Assembly: GCA_964436465.1 (NCBI GenBank)
Contig: CAYTCV010000004.1
Coordinates: 1,196-65,195 of the forward strand
Direction: 5' to 3'
DNA length: 64,000 nucleotides
Source of the DNA: an uncultured bacterium
GTDB lineage: Bacteria > RBG-13-66-14
Shown here: positions 35,046 through 44,724 of the stretch, one piece after another
Layout of the letters: each line of letters opens with the position of its first letter
How positions within the stretch are numbered: position 1 is the stretch's first letter
The notes under the pieces: model-generated
What the model saw: only the letters and a program-made list of their open reading frames with translations
The model's database searches: none
What the model was told of the DNA's origin: nothing
Program-made: the position numbers and the translations under genes

Positions 35046-37802
35046 ATGCGGAAGCTATTGATATTGTTGGTATTAGTTTTAGCCTTCAGCTCCATGGCCG
35101 TGGAGCCCCAGGCCAAGCTAACCGAATATCTGCAGGGCTACTTGGCCACGAGCACCGATAATGAGCTGCTCCCCTGCTACATTACCCTGCAGACCCAGCT
35201 CGACCGTGCGACGACGGCCCAACTCTGGCTCGGTCGCACGAGGGACCAGGCTCGGGCTGCCGTCACCGGCTGGCTCAAGAACGTGGCCTCGGCCGAGCAG
35301 GAGGGCCTGCTGCGGTGGCTGACCGCCAATCAGACCAACGGCTCGGTGGGCGCCTATCGCCCCTTCTGGATTTCCAACTTCGTCTACGCCGAGCTGACCC
35401 CGAAAGCCATCCTCGAAGTGGCCCAAAGGCCCGAGGTGGCACGCATCACCCGCGGGGCCGACGGCGACGGCCAGTGGATAGGTCTCGGATTCAAGGCCGG
35501 CGAGAGCGCCGAGCCCGTCACCGTGTACGACAACGGCCGCGAAATCGCCTGGGGTGTGGATAAGGTCAACGCTCCCGCCGTCTGGGACCTGGGGTACACC
35601 GGCGCGGGAGTCTCCGTGGTAATCGGCGACACGGGCCAGCGCTACACGCACCAGGACCTCTACAGCCACTACGACCCCTCCATCAGCTACGACTATTCGG
35701 ACAACGACCCCGACCCCTATTTCTCGTCCGGTGAGGAGCACGGCACGCACTGCGCGGGCAGCGTGGGCTCCGACGGCACCGCCGGGACCCAGGCCGGCGT
35801 GGCGCCCGAATACAACTACGGCGCCCACCGCCTCTACATGTACGGTAACCACCAGGGCGAGCTGTCCGTGTGGGCCTCCTGGCAGGGGGCCGTGGATTTC
35901 GGCGCGGACGTGGTCTCCAACTCCCTGGGCTGGATAGACTCCTGGAATCCGGATAAACCCACCTGGCGCACCAACGCCCAGAACACCATCGCCGCCGGCA
36001 CCGCCCTGGTCATCGCCGCCGGCAACGAGGGCCCCGGCCCCATGACGCTGCGCACACCGGGCAACGTGCCCGAGGTTATCTGCGTGGGCGCCACCGACGT
36101 CAACGATGTCATCGCCGGTTTTTCCAGCCGCGGCCCCACCGATGAATGGGGCGATGACGACTGCATCAAGCCCGACGTGTCCGCCCCCGGCGTCAACATC
36201 AAGAGCTGCTACATCTCCTCGGACACCGCGTATCAGGACGGGTGGAACGGCACGTCCATGGCGACCCCCCACGTCGCCGGCGCCTGCGCCCTCCTGCTGG
36301 ATGCCGACCCGACGCTGACGCCCGAGGAGCTCAAGCAGGTCCTGGAGGACACCGCCGTGGACCTGGGCGATGTGGGCAAGGACAACGACTACGGCTCGGG
36401 GCGCATCGACGTCCTGGCCGCGGTGGAATCCCTGGGCGGTCCTCCCCCCGAGGAACCCAGCTTCGAGCTCGGCGACGTGGCCGTCACCTCGGACACCGAT
36501 TCCGACGGCCTCATCGAGCCCGGTGAGTCCATCGAAATAGAGGTTAGCATCAACAACGTCGGCGAGGGCTCCGGTCCGAGCACCACGGGTACCCTCACCT
36601 GCTCCAGCCCCGACGTCACCATCACCGACGGCGACGGCGACTTCGGCACCATCCCCGCCGGCGACACCGGCTCCTCCACCTTCGGCTTCGACGTGAGCGC
36701 CGGGGCCGGGTCCCCCAACTCATTCGAGTTCACCCTGACGGTGCAGTCCCAGGGCTTCGACTCCCAGGACCTCTTCTTCACCCTCTTCTCACCGGCCGAT
36801 ATGATAGACGACGACGTGGAGGACGGTGAGTGGTACTGGACCCATGACGGCGACAACGACGCATGGCACGTCGAAGACTACCGCTCGCATTCGCCTACAC
36901 ACTCGTGGAAGTGCGGGGGCATTGGGAGTGATAATTACGGCAACGACATCAACGCCTGCCTCTACTCGCCGCCGGTGTACATCAACCCCGCCGCCGCGGA
37001 GCTGCGCTACTGGACCTGGTACGAGCTGCAGTTCAGCCACGACATTGGCTACGTCGATATCAACGACGGCTCCGGCTGGCTCCAGATAGAAGAGCACGAC
37101 GGCACCCAGTACACATGGACGGAATGGGCGCTCAACCTGGACGCCTACGCCGACACGGTGGTGCAACTGCGATTCCGGTTCGTCTCCGACTCCGATGACA
37201 TTACGAACGAGGGCTGGTACGTGGACGACATCCAGGTGAGCGTGCCCGAAGAACCGAGCGCTTCCTGGGTCGCCATCGAGCCGAAAATCACCTCGGACGG
37301 CGTCATGCTGACCTGGACCGCCGACTCCGGCTTTGCCGGCTTCAACATTTACCGCGCCGAGCAAGGTGACAGCTCAAGGCTCCGCCTCAACACCGAATCG
37401 CTCCAGGGCGGCACCATCGGGGCCTGGCTCGACCGGCCCCAGGAAGGTGACTACAACTACTACATCGAGGGCATCAAATCCGACGGAACCACCGTTTCCT
37501 ACGGTCCCGCCGAGGTGTCCTACCGTCCGACCGCCGATATGGCCCTGGCGCTCGAAAGTCCCTTCCCGAATCCGACATCCGGCAGGGTCAACTTCTCCTT
37601 CACCCTGCCCGAGACGCAGGACGTGACCCTGGCCGTCTTCGACCTGGCCGGGCGCCGCGTTTCGACCATCCAGACCGGCGAGCTGGCCGCGGGCCGACAC
37701 ATCCTGGCCTGGGATGGAAGCAGCGCCAGCGCGGGCGTGTACATCATCCGCCTGGTGGCCGCTGAAGGCATGCTCACCCAGCGGTTCATCATCGCCCGGT
37801 AA
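35046..37802 (+). CDS. Secreted S8-family subtilisin-like serine protease with C-terminal T9SS/FlgD-Ig-like sorting domain
   Basis: Signal peptide; catalytic triad motifs VVIGDTG, HGTHCAG and GTSMATPHVAG. C-terminus LAVFDLAGRRV...GRHILAWDG...GVYIIRL...RFIIAR is homologous to the C-terminus of the M1 peptidase at 10267-12519. Confidence 0.88.
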   Translation: MRKLLILLVLVLAFSSMAVEPQAKLTEYLQGYLATSTDNELLPCYITLQTQLDRATTAQLWLGRTRDQARAAVTGWLKNVASAEQEGLLRWLTANQTNGSVGAYRPFWISNFVYAELTPKAILEVAQRPEVARITRGADGDGQWIGLGFKAGESAEPVTVYDNGREIAWGVDKVNAPAVWDLGYTGAGVSVVIGDTGQRYTHQDLYSHYDPSISYDYSDNDPDPYFSSGEEHGTHCAGSVGSDGTAGTQAGVAPEYNYGAHRLYMYGNHQGELSVWASWQGAVDFGADVVSNSLGWIDSWNPDKPTWRTNAQNTIAAGTALVIAAGNEGPGPMTLRTPGNVPEVICVGATDVNDVIAGFSSRGPTDEWGDDDCIKPDVSAPGVNIKSCYISSDTAYQDGWNGTSMATPHVAGACALLLDADPTLTPEELKQVLEDTAVDLGDVGKDNDYGSGRIDVLAAVESLGGPPPEEPSFELGDVAVTSDTDSDGLIEPGESIEIEVSINNVGEGSGPSTTGTLTCSSPDVTITDGDGDFGTIPAGDTGSSTFGFDVSAGAGSPNSFEFTLTVQSQGFDSQDLFFTLFSPADMIDDDVEDGEWYWTHDGDNDAWHVEDYRSHSPTHSWKCGGIGSDNYGNDINACLYSPPVYINPAAAELRYWTWYELQFSHDIGYVDINDGSGWLQIEEHDGTQYTWTEWALNLDAYADTVVQLRFRFVSDSDDITNEGWYVDDIQVSVPEEPSASWVAIEPKITSDGVMLTWTADSGFAGFNIYRAEQGDSSRLRLNTESLQGGTIGAWLDRPQEGDYNYYIEGIKSDGTTVSYGPAEVSYRPTADMALALESPFPNPTSGRVNFSFTLPETQDVTLAVFDLAGRRVSTIQTGELAAGRHILAWDGSSASAGVYIIRLVAAEGMLTQRFIIAR

Positions 37803-37825
37803 CGCACGCTCCGAGAGCTAAAGTA

Positions 37826-37855
37826 AAGGCGGCCCATACGGGTCGCCTTTTTTAT
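37826..37855 (+). terminator. Rho-independent terminator after the S8 protease gene
   Basis: aaaGGCGgcccatacgggtCGCCtttttt read directly. Confidence 0.55.
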
Positions 37856-37979
37856 AGCGCAGATATGGTAAATGGACGCCGGTTCGCAATCGGGGAAACA
37901 AGGCCGTGTCCAAACCGAGCGTGCTCGATTTCGCCCGGTCGTTCCACGGTGACCCTACCGCCTCCCGGCCCCTCGGCAG

Positions 37980-38723
37980 TCAGACCCGCACGAATGTCAG
38001 GTACATGTGCGTGTGCTCGCGCCCGGCGGGTTCGCCGAGAAGGTTGCCGTGGGCGTCCACGATGGAAAGGCCGTGCCGCGCGCCCATCCGGACCAGCTCG
38101 TGGACGGCGTAATTGCGGAGGTTCATCTCCCGGGCGTGGCGCTCCCCGGAGGGTGAAACCCAGAGCCAGCGGCCGGTCATGCGACCGGTGAGGTAATCGG
38201 GCTCGGAATCCTCGATAAGTAGCCACCCGAGCCTGGCGTCGCCTCGCTTCCGCTGGAAATTGTACAGCAGGCCGTCGCGGTTGAGCAGGGACATGACCAG
38301 GCGGCCGCCGGGTCGGAGGAGTCGGGACCATTCGGCCATCGCCCGCTCGTTCTCGTCCTCGTCGGCGAAGTAGCCGAAGCTGGTCCAGATGTTGATGACC
38401 GCGTCGAAGGCGCCCTTCCCCAGGCCCGTCTCACGCATGTCGGCCTGGACGAAAACCGCCGGCAGTCCACGAGCGCGTTCTTCAGCCCGTTCGAGATATT
38501 TTGGGCAGAAATCCACCCCCGTCACCTCCACCCCCCGGCGCGCCAGGGGGATGGAGTGCCGCCCGACGCCGCAACAGATGTCGGCCAACCTGGACCCCGG
38601 ATGCAGCCTGAGCTGCCGCCACAGGTAATCGACCTCTTCCACGGGGGCCTCAGCGCCCGCCGGGCCGAAGCCGCCCTCGAGCCAGACGTCGTCGAAGAAC
38701 GTCTCCCACCACTCTGCGGTCAT
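37980..38723 (-). CDS. Class I SAM-dependent methyltransferase
   Basis: Start MTAEWW (ATG at 38723). SAM-binding motif I ADICCGVGRH and motif post-I GVEVTGVD. The track ORF is over-extended upstream into the MFS gene. Confidence 0.75.
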   Translation of the reverse strand: MTAEWWETFFDDVWLEGGFGPAGAEAPVEEVDYLWRQLRLHPGSRLADICCGVGRHSIPLARRGVEVTGVDFCPKYLERAEERARGLPAVFVQADMRETGLGKGAFDAVINIWTSFGYFADEDENERAMAEWSRLLRPGGRLVMSLLNRDGLLYNFQRKRGDARLGWLLIEDSEPDYLTGRMTGRWLWVSPSGERHAREMNLRNYAVHELVRMGARHGLSIVDAHGNLLGEPAGREHTHMYLTFVRV

Positions 38724-38739
38724 CCTAGACCAACCTCCG

Positions 38740-39927
38740 TCAATCCGCCGCCCGCTCGGGAATGGTCGGACGCCGACGCATTCTCGCCCCCATGATGGAA
38801 TAGAAGAGGGCCCCGGACACCGCGACCGCCGCGGCGATGACCACGGCCGGCCAGAAATTATGCGTAAGGTCATAAACCAGGCCGCCGATGAATGGACCGA
38901 GGGTGCCGGATAGTCCGTAGGCCAGCGAGACGCGGGCGTAGACGCGGCCGAAATTCTCCGGCCGGTACTCGTCCGAGGTCTGGGTGGCGTAGAGCACCAT
39001 GGCCGCGCCGAAGTTGAAGCCCACACAAGCCGCGACGATTAAAAACAGCCACCCTGCCCCGGCGACCGGCAGCAGCAGCAGGATGGAAACGGCCAGAAGC
39101 GACAGGGAAAGCACACTGGCCGGGCCGCGGCCGAAACGGTCGGCGATGAGTCCCCACCCGATGCGGCCCAGCGCGTTACCCGCCGCCAGTGCGCTCACCG
39201 AGGCGGCCGCGAAAAACTCCTCGGCCCCGGCCGACAGGCCCAACCGTTTCAGGTTTCCGATAATCAGCAGTCCGGCGAAGGTCCCGGCGAACATAGACCC
39301 GAACAGACGCCAGAAGCGGGGGTCGCGGCGGATTCGGGGGAGCGCGTCGGGCGCCGGCGGCGCGGGGCCGTCGGGCGGATTGGCCAGCAGGCTTCCGCCG
39401 ACGAGAATCAACGCCCCGTAAACGACGCCGACCCAGAGGAAGATGTCCAGTGGTGTCAGTCCGTCGCCCAGCAGCCCCTCGATGAGGTTTGACAGAACGA
39501 TGGCCCCGCCCCCGAATCCGGCCACCGCCACCCCGGTCACCAGCCCCTTCCTCTTCGGGAACCAGCGGACCGCCGTGGAGATGGGGCAGAGATACACGAA
39601 GCCGAGACCCGTCCCGGCCACCACCCCGTATCCCGCCAGGAGCAGGGGAAAGCGGCCACCGGAGAAATAGGCCGTCAGTAGCCCCGCCGCGAACAGGCAG
39701 CCTCCGATGAGGGTGGGCCGCCTCGGGCCCCGGCGGTCGAGGAGCGGCCCCGCGAAGAGCATCGTCAGGGCGAACGCCGCGATGTTCACCCCGAAGATGA
39801 GCTGGGCCTGCCATTCGAAGAGGCCGTACTCGTCGGTCAGGGCGCGCGCCAGGTTGCTCCAGGCGTAAATCCCGCCGATGCAGAGCTGGACCAGGACCAC
39901 AACGGCGAGAATGAGCCAGCGGCGCAT
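38740..39927 (-). CDS. MFS transporter, OFA (oxalate/formate antiporter)-like
   Basis: 12 predicted TM helices; N-terminus AWSNLARALTDEYGLFEWQAQLIFGV; MFS loop motif GPLLDRRGPRR. Confidence 0.75.
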   Translation of the reverse strand: MRRWLILAVVVLVQLCIGGIYAWSNLARALTDEYGLFEWQAQLIFGVNIAAFALTMLFAGPLLDRRGPRRPTLIGGCLFAAGLLTAYFSGGRFPLLLAGYGVVAGTGLGFVYLCPISTAVRWFPKRKGLVTGVAVAGFGGGAIVLSNLIEGLLGDGLTPLDIFLWVGVVYGALILVGGSLLANPPDGPAPPAPDALPRIRRDPRFWRLFGSMFAGTFAGLLIIGNLKRLGLSAGAEEFFAAASVSALAAGNALGRIGWGLIADRFGRGPASVLSLSLLAVSILLLLPVAGAGWLFLIVAACVGFNFGAAMVLYATQTSDEYRPENFGRVYARVSLAYGLSGTLGPFIGGLVYDLTHNFWPAVVIAAAVAVSGALFYSIMGARMRRRPTIPERAAD

Positions 39928-40021
39928 CGGGCAATCCGTCCTTCAGTCCCCCGAGTCGTCGGTAAAAATGCAACCGCCGCCGCCCGACGCGACGCCGGAT
40001 GTGCGTCCGAAAAAAATTAAA

Positions 40022-41695
40022 TCACAGCTCCGATTCGGAAGCGCCGCGCAGCAGCAGAATCGGCTCCTCGATTCCACACCGGATTCTATCCGAGACGTAG
40101 AGGTGGAAGTAACGACCGACGTTGTTCAGGAGAGAATCGAGGTCCACCGGCGGACGCCATTCCGCGACCATCACCTCCCGGAAGCTGTCGAACCACTCGT
40201 CGGCGGAGAGATACTGATTGATGCCGTGGTAGATGAAACCCGTTTCCGGCACGGGCGTCTGGGTGATGAGGACGACGAAGTCCACCGGTTTTCCCCGGAT
40301 GTATTCCAGGTCGCCGGGGTTCGACGCTCGGTACCGGTTGCACTTGGGGCGGTCGTGGGAATCTATGGTGGGCAGGTCCCCGAAATACGGCACGACCCCC
40401 ATGTCCATGGTCACCAGCCAGGAGTCGGAGAGCTTGGTTTCGTCGATGAACTCTCCCAGCTGCTCCGCGGGTGAACCGGGGTGATTGTAGTGGTAGACCA
40501 CGTAGGACCACCAACCCAGAAAACCGGACCAGAGGGTGAAACCGAGCAGGAGGGTGCCGACGGCCAGCCCCCGGCGCCGGTGAAAGAACGCGGGTAGCAC
40601 GGCCAGTGTGCAGACCAGAGCCGTGGCGGCCGAGGGGAGCCACAGACGGCCCACCCCGATGGGGTCGCCGGCGAAGAACAGAACGCCGAGGTGGTCCAGG
40701 GCCAGCCCGACCAGTAACAACCTGAGGGGGGTGGTCAGCCGGTGAGTCCGGTCCCCACCGCTCCCGTTCTCACCCTCCTTCCTGCGCCGGACCAGGAAGT
40801 AGATGAAACCGGCGTAAACCAGGGCGAGGCCGGGCGTGCGGATAAACTCCCACAGAACACGGAGAAAACCCTCCTTGAAGCCCCAGAAACTGAACATTAT
40901 ACCCAACGCAGGGACTTTCACCCCGGCGCTGGTGGGCAGAATCTGCCAGTAGACGAGCGCCACGGCGACGAAGAAGACCAGGCCGGGCAGCGCTCCCAGC
41001 TTGACCCGCAGCACGTCGCGCCAGCCGATGCTCGACCGTTTCGACGCCCAGCACCAGCCGATGACGAATCCCAGCACGGCAAGGTCGATGAAGGCGTCGG
41101 GCCGGGTGACCAGGTGCAATCCGGCGGCCAGGCCCAGGGCCGTGCTGAGCTTGTCGCGCAGGAAATCCCGGAGCGCGAAGCGGAGCAGAAGGAGGAAGGA
41201 GAAGAGGTTCAGCGCCGTCTCGAGGCCGTTCACCGACCCGAGGAGCGACGTGGTAAAGACGAGGAAAACCCCGGCCAGGGCGAGGGATGAGCCGTGGGAG
41301 AACGTGGGTCGCAGACGGCGCAGAATCCCCGCGGCCTGGACCACCGACAGGAGGAGAAACAGGAAGCCCAGCGCCTTGGCCCAAACCAGCGGTTGGATGC
41401 CGAGCCAGAAGGCGGGGGTCAGCAGGAGAAGCCATAGATGGCTGGAAAATGAGTTGGTGGGGAGCTCTCCGTCGCCGGCGCTCGGATTGGGCAGCTCGCC
41501 CCGCGAAAGCTGCCGCGCCCCCGAGAGGTAGATGTAGGCGTCATCGAAGGAATAGGCCCCCAGCTCGTAAATTACGACGAGGGCCAGGCCGATTTCCACG
41601 GCGATGACCAGCCACCAGATGCCCCGGATTTCCCGGACCGCGGACAGTAGACGCACTTTCCGTCTCCCGCGTGGACGTTCCGGTGATTGTAGCAC
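40022..41695 (-). CDS. Polytopic membrane protein, ArnT/PMT-like GT-C glycosyltransferase-type (paralog B) with C-terminal soluble domain
   Basis: About 10 TM helices; first extracytoplasmic loop FDDAYIYLSGARQL resembles the DE/DD-A-x-Y motif of ArnT/PMT GT-C enzymes; ~170-aa C-terminal non-membrane domain. Paralogous to 41781-43520. Confidence 0.5.
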   Translation of the reverse strand: MLQSPERPRGRRKVRLLSAVREIRGIWWLVIAVEIGLALVVIYELGAYSFDDAYIYLSGARQLSRGELPNPSAGDGELPTNSFSSHLWLLLLTPAFWLGIQPLVWAKALGFLFLLLSVVQAAGILRRLRPTFSHGSSLALAGVFLVFTTSLLGSVNGLETALNLFSFLLLLRFALRDFLRDKLSTALGLAAGLHLVTRPDAFIDLAVLGFVIGWCWASKRSSIGWRDVLRVKLGALPGLVFFVAVALVYWQILPTSAGVKVPALGIMFSFWGFKEGFLRVLWEFIRTPGLALVYAGFIYFLVRRRKEGENGSGGDRTHRLTTPLRLLLVGLALDHLGVLFFAGDPIGVGRLWLPSAATALVCTLAVLPAFFHRRRGLAVGTLLLGFTLWSGFLGWWSYVVYHYNHPGSPAEQLGEFIDETKLSDSWLVTMDMGVVPYFGDLPTIDSHDRPKCNRYRASNPGDLEYIRGKPVDFVVLITQTPVPETGFIYHGINQYLSADEWFDSFREVMVAEWRPPVDLDSLLNNVGRYFHLYVSDRIRCGIEEPILLLRGASESEL

Positions 41696-41780
41696 GTCGG
41701 GAATCCGCCCGGGAGAGGCGATTCACAACGTCGAAGCAACCGTGAGTGAATGACACCCGATACCGGCCCCCGGACCCGAT

Positions 41781-43520
41781 TCAATGTGGCGGGACGAGAT
41801 ACCCCGGCAGCGGCTCGTCGGGAACGGCCGGAACGACGCCGTCCGCGGTATACGCCGATGGGAGTTCAACGGGCAGGACGGCCTCCGCGGCTACCGGCCA
41901 GGCCATGAGATTCCTCGTCAACAGGATGGGTGGGCTGGGCAGGTCGCATTCGATTCGGTTCGAGACGAACAGGTGATAGTACCGACCGGGGGTCGGCCGG
42001 ATGATTCCGTCGTCGAAGGGAGCCCTCCACTCGGCGCTGAGCACGTGGCGGTAATTCTCCCAGAAGGTCCGTTGCCCGAGGGCCTCGTTCAGGAGGCGAT
42101 ACTCGGTCGCTCCCGGCCGGGGCGCCGTGACGTAGGGGGAGGTAACGACGACGAAGTCGACCCGATGGCTCCACACATAGGCGGAATCGTCGGGCACCTT
42201 CATCAGGTGGTAGTTGCAGATGGGAACCGACTCGACGTCAATCGTGTTTATATCGCCGAAGTACGGCACCACCCCCATATCGGTGGCGAGCATCCACGAA
42301 TCGTCCCGTTTCATCCCCTCGATGAACCGCCCCATCACCTCGGCGGGGTCTCCGGCGTGGCTGTAATGACAGAAGATGTAGACCCGCCAACCGAGCAGCC
42401 CCGCCGCCAGGCTGCCGCACAGGATGACGGCGGATATCAACAGGTGCCTCTTCTTTTCAGTCAGGCGGACGAGCGCCGGGAGACAAACCGCGAGCGCGAT
42501 TACCGCCGATTCAAGCCACAGGCGCTGCACCGCCATCCAGTCGCACACCAGCACCCTCTCGCCCAGGTGCGTCAGGACCAGCAGGAGGACGAAGCCCCGC
42601 AGCTCCCAGCCGACGGTCGGCTCCTCCGTGCGGCGACGGGCGAACACGAAAATGAGCATCCCGGCGAAGATGAAGACGTTCCCCGGCGTGAGCGCGAAGT
42701 TCAGCACCAGCTCGCGCAGGTTCCACCAGAACTGGTCGCTGAAGAGGGCGGTGAGGGCGAGGGACTTGGCCAGGGCGCTGGTCGGCAGGACGGTCGGATA
42801 GAATAGACCGGGCAGGAGAAGCAGCACTATTCCCGGAAGCAGGCCGAGGGCGGGGCGCACGAGCCCCGACCAGGAATAGGTCCGTCGGGGGTTCAACACG
42901 AGGATTACCAGAAGCACCAGCACGAGGGCCGCATTGATGAAGGCGTCGGGCCGGGTGACCAGGTGCACCGACAGGGCGAGCCCCAGGCCCACGGACAGCC
43001 GCCGGCGCAAAGTGTCCCGCAGGAGCAGACGGAAGACCAGCACCAGGCTGAAGACGTAGAGAATCGTCTCCATGCCGCTGGTGGCCCAAAAAACCAGGGG
43101 CATGTAGACGAGCGTCAGCCCGGCGACGGCCCAAACGGTCGCCTGGTCGAGCTTGGGGTGGAAGAGCCCGATTATCCGCGCAATCTGCCAGACGATTCCC
43201 AGAAGCAGGATGAAGCCGAGCAGCTTGGCCCAGACCAGGGCGTTTATACCGAGCCAGTAGGCCGGCGTGACAAGCCCCACCCATAAAAGGCTGGACCAGG
43301 CGTTGGTGGGCACCTCGCCCGGCGTCATGTTCGGCAGATGACCGCCGGCGAGCTGACGGGCCCCGTTCAGGTAAATATAGGCGTCGTCGGGTGTGTAGCC
43401 GGACAAGTCCCAAACGATGAAGGCGCACAGGATGAGTTCCAGGGCGATGAGGCCCCAGGTGAGATACCGCGTCCCCCCGGTCCGGTCCGCCAGCTCTGTT
43501 TCAATCGCGGCCATCGTCAA
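41781..43520 (-). CDS. Polytopic membrane protein, ArnT/PMT-like GT-C glycosyltransferase-type (paralog A)
   Basis: PDDAYIYLNGARQLAGGHLPN...EVPTNAWSSLLW aligns with the paralog B loop; same TM topology and a C-terminal soluble domain. Confidence 0.5.
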   Translation of the reverse strand: MTMAAIETELADRTGGTRYLTWGLIALELILCAFIVWDLSGYTPDDAYIYLNGARQLAGGHLPNMTPGEVPTNAWSSLLWVGLVTPAYWLGINALVWAKLLGFILLLGIVWQIARIIGLFHPKLDQATVWAVAGLTLVYMPLVFWATSGMETILYVFSLVLVFRLLLRDTLRRRLSVGLGLALSVHLVTRPDAFINAALVLVLLVILVLNPRRTYSWSGLVRPALGLLPGIVLLLLPGLFYPTVLPTSALAKSLALTALFSDQFWWNLRELVLNFALTPGNVFIFAGMLIFVFARRRTEEPTVGWELRGFVLLLVLTHLGERVLVCDWMAVQRLWLESAVIALAVCLPALVRLTEKKRHLLISAVILCGSLAAGLLGWRVYIFCHYSHAGDPAEVMGRFIEGMKRDDSWMLATDMGVVPYFGDINTIDVESVPICNYHLMKVPDDSAYVWSHRVDFVVVTSPYVTAPRPGATEYRLLNEALGQRTFWENYRHVLSAEWRAPFDDGIIRPTPGRYYHLFVSNRIECDLPSPPILLTRNLMAWPVAAEAVLPVELPSAYTADGVVPAVPDEPLPGYLVPPH

Positions 43521-43671
43521 CCTCGCGGGTTCTCCGTGAAAACGCCGTCCGGTCCCGTTGAGTGATATATCTTACCACGCCGGGACCGAGCCCGGGGGAA
43601 CCGGAGCGGACCGGGGTGGAATCGACATAAAAAAGGGGCGGCCGGTAGCCACCCTCGTGAGAGAACCCAAA

Positions 43672-44250
43672 TCAGCGGAAGGTGGCCTTGATGGCCCCGA
43701 AGCTCGCCTCCTGGACGTCCGAAGAATCACCGGCGGTAACCGTAATCGTGTCGAGCCAAACGTCGGCGGCCTTGTCGGAGACGACACGCCAGGCGAACTG
43801 GACGTCGTGGCCGTCCCAGTAACCGCCAATCCCGACCTCGGTTTCGTTCCACACCCAGTTTTCGAACGACCCGAACTCCTCCTCGTTCCAGATTTCCGTC
43901 CACTCGCCCGGTCCACCGGCCTCACGAATCTCCAGGATGTAGTCCCCGTTGTCGTGGGGGGAAACGAACCAGGTGTAGCTCGTGGCCCAGTAGAAGTCGA
44001 TTACCACGTCTGATGTGAGGCAGATTCCCGGTGAAATCAGCCGCTCATCCTGGTCCTGACCCTTTTCGCAAATAACGCCGAAGGGACCACTGAAGAAGTG
44101 CTGTGAGCTGACTATCCAGCGTTGTCCTATTTCACCGGGGTCCAGCGTCCAGCCGTGCATCTCGCCGTCGGAAAAATCCTCGAAAAAGAGGACCTCGGCG
44201 GAGGCGAAAGATGCTAATAAGGCGATTATCAACAGAATGTGTCGGTACAT
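43672..44250 (-). CDS. Small secreted protein of unknown function (N-terminus resembles 'choice-of-anchor'-type domain starts)
   Basis: Signal peptide MYRHILLIIALLASFASA, then EVLFFEDFSDGEMHGWTLD; W/F/D/E-rich; 192 aa. First gene of the minus-strand GT-C cluster. Confidence 0.5.
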   Translation of the reverse strand: MYRHILLIIALLASFASAEVLFFEDFSDGEMHGWTLDPGEIGQRWIVSSQHFFSGPFGVICEKGQDQDERLISPGICLTSDVVIDFYWATSYTWFVSPHDNGDYILEIREAGGPGEWTEIWNEEEFGSFENWVWNETEVGIGGYWDGHDVQFAWRVVSDKAADVWLDTITVTAGDSSDVQEASFGAIKATFR

Positions 44251-44724
44251 GAGCCTCCCTTGTTGTTAATTTCACGGTGCAAAGATAGCCCAGGAATCAC
44301 GGCTTGACAAGGGGTTATTAGATTTTTTTTACTTACAGGACTCATTTCGCCGCGCCTGTGTCACGTATAACCTGAACCCCGCCGGGACCTCCATTGGGTA
44401 AACGGAACGAACCGCGATGGAATAGACAAAAAAATGGGCGAGAAGGCACCCACCGTTTGTTCGGAAAATGTGCCTTCGGCCCGGAAACGTTCAACCGGAT
44501 GGTTCCCGTCGGATGGTGAACTCGCCAATATAGACACGACAGGTGGGTTATTTACCGGGGAGGAAAATCCCGCCGACGTAGAGCGCCGCCCTTCCCCCAA
44601 CGACGATATAAAGCCCGATTCCCGGACCGGGGCGGCTCCTTTAATCCTTGAGCCGGCGCCGGCTCTGTGCTATTTTGAGTGTCGGTCGGACCGCCGCAGT
44701 CAAACCCTCAACCGAGGACGGAAC

